A stretch of 61,038 nt of DNA, counting the filler, from Thelocarpon superellum (lineage: Eukaryota): assembly GCA_026025795.1 (NCBI GenBank). It is 7 parts of 7 records of this genome, joined end to end, with 100 filler letters (N's around TTAATTAATTAA, not from the genome) between each part and the next. Parts side by side here need not be neighbours in the genome. Positions count along the whole stretch, not along the records: positions 17,592 to 26,265 come from JAPEUG010000592.1; positions 26,366 to 34,980 come from JAPEUG010000593.1; 5 more parts are not named here. One strand, 5' to 3'. A program made the position numbers and the translations under genes. The notes beneath the pieces were generated by a model. It searched no databases, was not told where the DNA came from, and worked only from the letters and a program-made list of their open reading frames with translations. How positions within the stretch are numbered: the first letter of the stretch is position 1; the number at the start of each line of letters is the position of its first letter. Positions 20,908-29,479 of the stretch are shown here, piece by piece.

Positions 20908-23748
20908 CTAAACAACAGCTCCTCGCTGCCCGTCCAAAACATCCGGCGGCGTAGAAGAGGGCACCGTCTCCGCCATAGCACGAAACGAGCGATCGACGCG
21001 GATCTGACCGCTGCGACGATGGCCTCGCTCAATCACCAGGTCCTCGGTAGCGTGCACGGTGTCGACGACCTGCGGCCACGAGCTACAGCTCGCGATGGCC
21101 TCGATGAATTCGTCCGCGAGCAGGAAACCTCCGCCCGCGCGAAAGCCGCCGCCCTCCTGGTACATGCGCCAGATGACATCCGGCTGGCGCGGCAGCGCGC
21201 CCGACGGCACCCGCACCGTGTTGGACGACGGGTCGCCAAGGCACGCGATGCCGCCGCCGGCTCGCACGCTCGTTTGGCACGGATCGGCTTCAAAGGCGGC
21301 GAGCGTGCTCCGCAGTTTGCCTTGCATCTCCGCCACTTCATCCCCCACGTTGCTGAGCGCCGTGATGGCTCCCCCGGCGCCAATTCTCCAGACATCGAGG
21401 GGGGAAGTGTACTCCGGATCCCCGAGCCAGTCGTCCTCCTCGTCCCCACCGCGGCGTGACGCCCCGTCCCACGATTGACGCCGACCCCGCGGCCGTGGAG
21501 GGTCCCATTTGAAGGCGGTGCGGATGACGACGCAAAAGTCGCCGCCGCCGCCGGCACAGATGTATCCGAGGACGCCCGAGTAGATGCCCCGGGGCCCGTC
21601 TTCGAGCGTCTGCAAGATCTCACACGATCGCTTCTTGGGCGCCCCCGTCATTGATCCCGGTGCGAGACAAGCCGCGAGGACATCAATACCAGTGACGGCA
21701 GGGCTGCCGCTAGACGGCTTCACAGGTGGCATCTGGCCTTCCACCACGCTGACAAGCTGCCACACGGTCCGATAGCTCTCCACTTTCATCAGCTGCGTCA
21801 CGTCCACCTCGCCCGTACCCAGCACGCCATGTAAGTCATGGCGGATCAGGTCCACGATCATCAAGTTCTCCGCCCGCTCTTTCGGCTCGGCCAGCATCTC
21901 CGTGGCCAGTGCCTGGTCGATGCCCGGCGTCTTCTGCACCGTTCCCTTGATGGGCCGCATCTGGCACCGTCCCGCCCGGTCCCAGCGCAGAAAGCGTTCG
22001 GGACTGCTGCTGAGGATGGTCGCTGGTCCTAGACGAACGTAGGCGCCAAACGGCGCGGGGTTCCGCTGCCGCAGTCGTTTGTAGAGCGGCCACGACACGT
22101 CGCCATAGCCCGACCGTGACACCGCGATGGTCGTCTGCGCCGTGAGGCAGATCTCGTAAGACTCCCCCGCGGCGATGAGCTCTTTGCATTTGCGGATCTT
22201 GTCCCCATACGCCTGCTCATCTGGACGCGTCACCGTGGCGGCACCCAAGTACCCGTCCAGGATGCACGATTCTCCTAGGGTCAGCTTGACGGGAAGTTTT
22301 CTCCGGCCCTCTTCCACCGTGGCCCGGGTCTGGTACATCCACGTGTGATCGTCGGGCAATAAGCTCTGGATGTAGATGGCCTTCTCATAGTGATCCACCA
22401 CCACGCTACGCTCCACAAACGCGAAGACGGCGTCGGGGTGTTCGCCTGGAGCGATCTTGGCTCGGTCCGGTGGGTGCGGCGCCACGCCTGTGCAGGGTAA
22501 GCCCACCTCATATGGGATATATCCCATGAGGCCGCCCCAGAAAGGGGAGCCGGGATCGCCCCCGACGGCTTTCCGCTCGGCCATGTAGACGTTGAGATAT
22601 TGCCAGAAGCCACCAGGGAAGGATCGGAGGTCGACTCTGCGGAGGCTCGGCCCATAGTGCTGATCCGTCCAGACCTTGACCGACGACGCCCCGGCGGCAT
22701 ACTGTATCTTCACCGTCCGCCCACGCTGGACACAGCCGAGGATGCTATATCGCCCCGTCCCTTCTTGCGTTACCGCCGTATCCAGCATGATCACCTCCGC
22801 TCCTCCACCACAGAGTGCCTCGTGGAGCTGCGCCACGGGGTCGTCTCGACCGAAGACCGACGTCGTCAAGACCAGCCGAGCGCCCTTCTGGCTGCTAGGA
22901 TCGGTGCTTGGCAGGGACCTGGGGGACGATGGGGTGGGAAGAACATCAGCGGCTCGATGCTCAGGTGCTGTATCCCGGAGTCCCGTCTCCCGCGGAGAGG
23001 TCTTCCGCGGATCGGCCCACCATCGCGCCACCTCGGCCCACCAGTTGTCGAGCACACCCAGGCTCGCAGCATTGGTCAGGATGGACTCTGGGTGATATTG
23101 CAGGCCCCAGAAGGGCTTGGTCCGGTGCTTGACAGCCATGAGTAGCGCCCCGTTTACTAGATCATCCAGATCCCACGCGAGCGGTCGGAGATCTGGACAT
23201 GCTTCGCTGGGGTCCCAGAGCTGCCGCGGGTAGTCGACGCTGCCGCGCGCTTGGATGGGATGTTGCATATCCACGTGCAGGGAGTGATAGCGGATCGGAG
23301 AGACTTCGTCCACGCCGTGGAAGATGGAGTAGCCGTCATGAAGGACCTGGCAGGGCAAACCGTGGGTGGGAGACGTCAGCCGCTTCACCGTGGCGCCAAA
23401 GGCACAAGCCAGACTCTGAAATCCAAGACAGATGCCGAGCACGGGCAGGAGATGGTCATCGTGCATCTTCCACACCTTGACCATGAGGCCCACATCCCCG
23501 GCCGTGGTCGGATTCCCCGGGCCCGGTCCTAGCACGATGGCGTGAAACGAGTCGAGGAAGGAGTCCCATCCTTCTTCGGCGGTCTCGCAGTCTATCCTGA
23601 TGACCTGGACGGCGGCATGCAGTCGGCTCTCCAAGAGGGCCACAATGTTGTTGGAAAAGGAGTCATAGGCATCGACGAAGAGAATACGCCGACGCTCGTC
23701 CCGGTGCGGACGAGAGGGTTCTTGTTGGGGGAGGACATTGGGCCCCAT
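20908..23748 (-). CDS. ABZ1: Aminodeoxychorismate (PABA) synthase, fused PabA/PabB
   Basis: Intronless 946-aa ORF. GATase domain: ILFVDAYDSFSNN, GPGPG, GICLGFQ, RYHSL, QYHPES. Chorismate-binding domain: PFWGGLMGY, GESYEICLT, NPAPFGAY, SSPERFL, PIKGT, KERAENLMIVDLIRHDL, PGSMTGAPK, RGIYSG, VVIRT, GAGGAI. Confidence 0.96.
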   Translation of the reverse strand: MGPNVLPQQEPSRPHRDERRRILFVDAYDSFSNNIVALLESRLHAAVQVIRIDCETAEEGWDSFLDSFHAIVLGPGPGNPTTAGDVGLMVKVWKMHDDHLLPVLGICLGFQSLACAFGATVKRLTSPTHGLPCQVLHDGYSIFHGVDEVSPIRYHSLHVDMQHPIQARGSVDYPRQLWDPSEACPDLRPLAWDLDDLVNGALLMAVKHRTKPFWGLQYHPESILTNAASLGVLDNWWAEVARWWADPRKTSPRETGLRDTAPEHRAADVLPTPSSPRSLPSTDPSSQKGARLVLTTSVFGRDDPVAQLHEALCGGGAEVIMLDTAVTQEGTGRYSILGCVQRGRTVKIQYAAGASSVKVWTDQHYGPSLRRVDLRSFPGGFWQYLNVYMAERKAVGGDPGSPFWGGLMGYIPYEVGLPCTGVAPHPPDRAKIAPGEHPDAVFAFVERSVVVDHYEKAIYIQSLLPDDHTWMYQTRATVEEGRRKLPVKLTLGESCILDGYLGAATVTRPDEQAYGDKIRKCKELIAAGESYEICLTAQTTIAVSRSGYGDVSWPLYKRLRQRNPAPFGAYVRLGPATILSSSPERFLRWDRAGRCQMRPIKGTVQKTPGIDQALATEMLAEPKERAENLMIVDLIRHDLHGVLGTGEVDVTQLMKVESYRTVWQLVSVVEGQMPPVKPSSGSPAVTGIDVLAACLAPGSMTGAPKKRSCEILQTLEDGPRGIYSGVLGYICAGGGGDFCVVIRTAFKWDPPRPRGRRQSWDGASRRGGDEEDDWLGDPEYTSPLDVWRIGAGGAITALSNVGDEVAEMQGKLRSTLAAFEADPCQTSVRAGGGIACLGDPSSNTVRVPSGALPRQPDVIWRMYQEGGGFRAGGGFLLADEFIEAIASCSSWPQVVDTVHATEDLVIERGHRRSGQIRVDRSFRAMAETVPSSTPPDVLDGQRGAVV

Positions 23749-24082
23749 CTTGCACGCCCGCCCATGCCAGCCAGACGCTGGTCGACTGCGAGTGGGTTCA
23801 GGGAAACGACCGCGGAGCCAGCCCGCGGGTTACGGGGTGCCCGCTCGTCGCGAACCAAGGTGGGGGACGTCAGGTTCGAAGTTGCGGGATATCACTATCA
23901 TGTTCGATATTCTGGGTGGAGAGCCACCTCAATTGGCCACTCCAGCGTCCTCTGGTGTCTTCTAAGCGTCCAGACGTGGACGGAACATGATCGACAAGGA
24001 TGCCATTCTGGACGCCAAAGGGCCGAAGAAATTAAGTCTAGGTCATCCATGTCCGGACTAGCTCTGGCAGTCGAGATGATCT

Positions 24083-24474
24083 ACTCGTACTTCCCGCACT
24101 ACTACTACTACTACTACTGCTGCTACTACAACTACTGTAGGAATCAGAGCTGAATTGCTAATCTACGCGTGCTAATCTACGCGTGCTAATCTACGCGTAG
24201 TCGGGATAGTAATAGGAGTGGGCACATGACCAGATCACATGCGCGCTCCTACACTACTAACATAGTGCAGGGAAACGATAGTATTACAGGGAAACGATAG
24301 TATTACTAGATCGTTTCGCTGAACCCACTCGCAGTCGACCAGCGTACTACTATGTTAGCAGTGTAGGAATCAGAGCTGAATTGCTAATCTACGCGTAGTC
24401 GGGATAGTGATAGGAGGGGCACGTGACCAAATCACGTGCGCGCTCCTACAGCAGTAGAGTATCGTAGTACGAGT
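24083..24474. mobile_element. Non-coding nested foldback / MITE-like composite element: two ~90-bp direct-repeat units, inner and outer inverted repeats, and a captured ABZ1 leader fragment
   Basis: Units at 24136-24253 and 24362-24450, each bounded by TGTAGGA...TCCTACA. Inner IR 24247-24266 vs 24349-24368 (19/20). Outer IR ACTCGTAC / GTACGAGT. A (CTA)n tract lies at 24098-24135. No clear target-site duplication, so mobility is only inferred. Confidence 0.5.
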
Positions 24475-24766
24475 TGAGTGCTGCACATCGGTTGTCAAGC
24501 CCTAGGCGATGAAAGCCCTAGGCGAGGAAGTCGCGTTAGGCGGTCCCCGTAGCAGAAGCGCTATAGATCCTTCCTCGCCGCCGTATCCTATCTTTGCACC
24601 GGCGCGCGTATGGAGAGATCGATGCAGATTTTGATTTAGTTACCGGCTCTTCATCATGACAGACTTGAACATCTGCGCGTCTTGGGTCGGGATACTGCCT
24701 GCAGTGGCCGAGGTTGACCAAGTCGTGGCGCAGCCAACATAGATATTCGCGACATTTCCTCTGTCC

Positions 24767-26035
24767 TCATGTTACCGGTACAGCTTCGATCGCCACCCTT
24801 ACCTCTGCTCTTGCACCCTGCACCATCATAGATCCTCCGGCAACGATCACGGCTAGCGGATTGCGTTGACACTTGGAAAGGATCGTCTTGCCAGCACTCT
24901 TCACATCGGCCCATTTGACCGCGGTTACCGCGTCTGTATGCACTCGGAACTCACAGGTGTCTATGATGGCCCATCAGCAAGGTCATCAGCAAGGTCATCA
25001 GCAATCTCCGAGAGACTTACAGTTACGTGGCACGGGTGCTCGGAGCTTGATCACTCGAGTCCCAGCGGAAAGCGAGAGAATCTGGACGTCGGGGGGCAAG
25101 ATAGCGAGGAAGTTGTCAATCTCCTCTACACAGATCTGTACGTTGGACTGCCCAAGAGTCGGCAGAGTGCAGGTGACGTTGGATCCAGTGGGATTCTGCG
25201 GTTGGAATGCATCGCACGATGACCCCGCCTGAGCGCTGCAGGCTTGTGTGGAAAAGTTCCCCAAGGTCTCGCGCAGAGTCGGGAGCTGGCTGGAGAGATC
25301 GGAGGTTTCCACCTCTGTCCCATTCTCTCCGCCGCTTACCGTACTGGTGCACTGGCATCCCCCACAGCGCGCTGACACCGGAGCGGTCACGCGCTCTGCC
25401 CAAGCTGGATCGATGCGTGCAGGGAACATCATGACGCCTTGCCCCGCGGTTTGACCGCAGCTTGCTTCCACCCCTTTGGGATCGGTGCACCACGCTTGCA
25501 GATTGGATGTGCCACCCGTTTCACGTGAGAACTGCGCGGGGTCGACGGTGTCCGGCCCGAAGCATTTCATCACCTGCAACTTATCAATTCCATACAGGTC
25601 TCATTGGGCAAGACTGACGCTGCGAAGAATATCCTTCATCTTCGGATTCTGCTTCTTCAGCCGCCGCTCCTCCACACAGCCACATTGTCGTAAGCATTGT
25701 TGTCCACTCGGGGCTAATGCATGGGATAGCATTCTATCAATGGGGCCCTTCGCTCCTCGTACTATTTGCCCCATCCTCTCGTCGATGCAGGAGAATGCAG
25801 GTCCGTTGGCGGAAGAGCAGTAGTCTGTCCAGGAGGTGAACTGGTTGAGGTCCGTCCCGGGAGGAAAATCGTCCGGATGGGCTGGAGCGAAGTCGTTGCA
25901 TTGCAAGACAAATGTCGAACCTCTTGAGCGGCGCTGGACCGGGTCGGCCTCCGCATCCCATGATGAAGATGAACCCTTTGTGGCCTCTACAACGGAAGCT
26001 ATGCGTAGAGTAATCAGAAGCACCAGGGCCAGCAT
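24767..26035 (-). CDS. Putative secreted Cys-rich multidomain protein (~387 aa; two 6-Cys repeats plus a KP4/Ecp2-like C-terminal domain)
   Basis: Exons 26035-25619, 25573-25021 and 24960-24767 are joined in frame by GT-AG introns (45 nt GTCAGT...CAG; 60 nt GTAAGT...TAG). Signal peptide MLALVLLITLRIASVVEA; the product ends ...VKWADVKSAGKTILSKC...AGGSMMVQGARAEVRVAIEAVPVT. Confidence 0.75.
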
Positions 26036-26265
26036 GTTGTCGATTCTGATACTGGTTGCGAGACCAAATATGCTTGAGACGCAACGGACACCACGCCTGT
26101 ACTGTAGCAGCGATGGTCATCATTATCAAGAAATTGATCCCCATTTACCGTCAGTAATGGACATCCAAGTGGCTCGGCGCGGCATTTTCCCTCGTCGGAC
26201 AGATCTATGTTGTCAGTGCGCCCGCGCGGAAGCGTGGTAGGCTCGCTCCGTCCAACTGGCGGTGC

Positions 26266-26365
26266 NNNNNNNNNNNNNNNNNNNNNNNNNNNNNNNNNNN
26301 NNNNNNNNNTTAATTAATTAANNNNNNNNNNNNNNNNNNNNNNNNNNNNNNNNNNNNNNNNNNNN
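26266..26365. other. Artificial contig linker
   Basis: N44-TTAATTAATTAA-N44. Confidence 0.98.
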
Positions 26366-26517
26366 AGGTGGTGAACCATTTGGCCAGACGCTGTGCGAGA
26401 GATCAGCGAAGCACGGCGACCCTGATGCAGGTGGGGCGAGGGCTTGTTTTCATACCACTTTCCCCTGCCGCGAGAGCAGAATGAGATAGCTAAAACCCAG
26501 ATGAGCATGAGGGGCAT
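26366..26517 (-). CDS. Possible 5' fragment of a secreted-protein gene, truncated at the contig edge
   Basis: MPLMLIWVLAISFCSRG-type hydrophobic start followed by a GTATGA...GCTGAT...CAG intron, with a TATA-like tract near 26801-26807. Confidence 0.35.
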
Positions 26518-27382
26518 GATCCACGGACTGGAGCAACTGACTTGATGGCCATCCTGAGTGACGACGACAGGGTACCGCGTCAAATGCCCCCGGCGTCCAC
26601 AGCCCGTCTCTCCGGGAATAGTCAAAGGAAAGTGCCTTGTCGGCAATCTGGAGCGTGTTATTTGTGCGGCGACCGGCGTGATGCATAGCCTTATGATCCA
26701 GGTCGAATCGTGCACCGTGCTAGGAGTAGTGGTTGGAAGATGACATAATCAGTGGTTGTTCATGGGAGAGCATAGTGGGAAATGCTGCTTGAAGGGTTCC
26801 TATATAATTGGTATAGGCAGACCCAACCAGAGTTTGAATAGTTGGCTGTGACACTATCTATGCCGATTCCTGCCTGCGCAACAGTAGTAGCTGCGCGGCC
26901 CCGCCACGTGACCTAGCATAGTAGTGAGTGGCTCAGGCCCTGGGGACTGTTACTACACAGTCAATCAACAAGCCTATCGCTGCTGGCCTCCCTACCGTGT
27001 GAGCGTTGCAACACACCGGGAAGTACGGGGGGAAGAAACGCCGGCAATGCAAGTCGTGATTCCTTTCACATGTGATCTGACGCCATCCCTTCGCGGTGCC
27101 CCTGCGATCCTGTAGTCGATCTTAACCGCACCGACAGCCGTCACCACCTGGAGACTATCAGGGCGTAGTCGAGCGATGGATTAGTAAAGGTGCCCACGCC
27201 CGCGTTCGCTGTTACGAATATTCCGCTTGGCCGTTCACCGGAGTCTGCCTCCACCAGGACGCAAGCATGGCCATTGTCCTGCAGTGCTCTCAGTCATGCT
27301 GATCCGGCAGCCGCACTGGTAACTCCATCGGTCTACCCCGCGCCGCTCGTCACCCGCCCCGTCTGGGCTCGGCAGCGTCAAG

Positions 27383-28447
27383 ATGACCCGACTCTTACTG
27401 TCGACCTCGTAAGCGCTGCCACCCGTCGCTAATTATCAGGACTCTGGTTGACAGATCGGCCTGGCGTGCAGTAATGTGATGAATGGCGGTCCTTCCATCG
27501 TCCGCCGGATCCCTCATGAGAAGTCGAACATCGAGCTCACCAACTCCCTCCGGCTCAACTTTGCGGCCGCGCAAGAGGCGGCGGCGGCGGATGAGTTTCC
27601 GGCGACGAACGGCGACGTTCCCGTCAATGGAAATGGCAATGTCAATGGCCAAAGCCACGCGCGGGTTGTGCCGCTAAGCGCATGGACAACCCGCGAGGGT
27701 TCCCTCATCTCGATCCCTTCGATCGATTGGACGCTGGAGGGCCTTGCGGAGGAACGAAGCCAGTATGACATTACGGTGAAACTCTTCTATCTCCCCGGCG
27801 TGCCCCCGGCACGACGAGCAGCTCATACCAAAGAGGCGCTCGCGCTCGTCTTGCGTGAGCTGAAGGTGTCTTCAATCGATCTGCTCATTGTCTCCTTTCC
27901 GGGCGTTGCCTACGAGTCCGAGGTGGGCTGCAAGGGACCCCACAACGGGGCGTGCTCGCTCACGGCCGCGGACACGGTGGTGGAAGACATCGACACGATG
28001 CTGGACACCTGGCGGATCCTGGAGAAGCTGCAGGGTCAAGGAATGATCGCGCGGTTGGGGGTGTGCGAGTTCGGGACTCAAATGCTCCAAGACTTTCTCC
28101 TTCGCACCAAGGTCCGCCCGGCCGTTGACCAGATCAATTTTCGCAGCTGCTGCGCCGTACCACGCTCGCTGTTCATTCTGTCGAAGCGAGAAGCGGTGGA
28201 ACTATTGACCCACAGCGACTGCACCAACATCTTGCCGCGCGGGACCCTACGGGAGCTGCTGGGCGAGGGCGAACGCGGCGCTGACGTCTTGACCGAGAAA
28301 CGTGTTCCCGGGAGACTCCAGGGAGACGTCGAGCCACAATGGGTGGTCAAGTACACAGCCGTGGTACAGGATCGCGGCGTGGTGGAGAACAAAGGGTACT
28401 TCGCCCTTGCCGACCTGCATGAGCTGGGAACGGGGACATCTGCATAA
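27383..28447 (+). CDS. Glutamate-cysteine ligase regulatory (modifier) subunit, aldo-keto-reductase-like fold
   Basis: Exon 1 MTRLLLST, intron 27409-27471 (GTAAGC...CAG), then SNVMNGG...EERSQYDITVKLFYL...IDLLIVSFPG...LGVCEFG...RPAVDQIN...CCAVP...LLTHSDCTNILP...PQWVVKYTAVVQDRGVVENKGYF, which is typical of GCLM. Confidence 0.88.
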
Positions 28448-28625
28448 GTCACGTAACATCATTTGCATCTACTCGCGAGTCTTCCTCGCTGCAAGGCGTC
28501 TGGGCATGACTCGTCAATACAGTGGGGCCGGCGTGTCATTGCAACACGACCGGGTCTTAGATAGGGAGATAGAAGGATGGGCTCCGCCAACTCCCACCTA
28601 GTTCCATTTAAACTGGCCCTCTCCT

Positions 28626-29144
28626 TCAAGCCTCGGATTCATGGTCTCCCACGCCGTCGCGGTTTACGCCTTGTTCCCGGATCCATGCGGTGTGGAAGGT
28701 GTGGGCCAGGTCTTCTAGCTCCTGGATGGTCTGCCGTGCCTCCGCTCTCCGGTTGGCTTCGGGTCCCACGACGGTGGCGACCAGGGCTGGGGGCGGCACG
28801 CCCTCCCGTTCTCTGCTTCCATTGATCGCGACCTCTCGCGTGCCCGCCTCGAGACGGGCGTTCGATCCAACGTCGGTGGGTGCCTCTTCCTCAAGGGAAG
28901 GTTCGGGAACGTAGCTTTGCGAGAGCAGGATCCCACTTTGCGTAAGACAAGTGATGCGTAGGGGCACGCCCAGGCCCAAGCTTGAAGCGATGTCGTGCGT
29001 CGATAGGAAGTTCCGTGTCATTGAGCGGGTGACGGCATCATGTTGTGTCGACGCTACATCCGACGAGACGAGAGTGAGCGCGCTGGTGTCCGCGAGCTGG
29101 AGGAAGAGGTGGGGGTGTAGCTTCGTTGGGTCTGTTACCGGCAT
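28626..29144 (-). CDS. Conserved-looking fungal hypothetical protein (172 aa)
   Basis: ATG-TGA ORF with globular composition (helix-strand-strand-helix pattern, LGLGVPLRI, ALVATVVG, amphipathic C-terminal helix). It is convergent with GCLM and divergent from the golgin gene. Confidence 0.7.
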   Translation of the reverse strand: MPVTDPTKLHPHLFLQLADTSALTLVSSDVASTQHDAVTRSMTRNFLSTHDIASSLGLGVPLRITCLTQSGILLSQSYVPEPSLEEEAPTDVGSNARLEAGTREVAINGSREREGVPPPALVATVVGPEANRRAEARQTIQELEDLAHTFHTAWIREQGVNRDGVGDHESEA

Positions 29145-29479
29145 GACGGTGACCCGCGACGGTGTGATCCCGTCACAAATCTACTTCACGAGGCCCAGCT
29201 ATCGGGAGATCATGGCCGAAGAGGATGGTAGCGATTGGATTGGGAGTGCCGTAGCCACGTCCGACGCCTCGACCACGGCTCTTCCCGTGATCGTCCTGGT
29301 GCAGCCGCTGCAGCCGGGGAATAGGTCGTGATGCATTCCCGGCTCGCGTATTCGACGGTGCTACCGAACACCTCGCGTCTTCTCCAAAGTGTCCCGGTAG
29401 CAGCTCATGACGACGCGGCCCTCGTCTACGGCTGTCGTGCACATCACCACTGACGTTGTTGACCTCTACAGTATCTACA

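Noticed and set aside
24136..24450. CRISPR array (repeat-spacer-repeat)
   Set aside because: Eukaryotic context, only two long (~90-118 nt) units and no cas genes. It is reported instead as a foldback element with a captured fragment.
24536..24802. Third intron and extra exon for the Cys-rich secreted protein (GTAAGG at 24802)
   Set aside because: The unspliced reading gives a natural terminal strand (EVRVAIEAVPVT-stop at 24767), and the alternative exons look non-coding.
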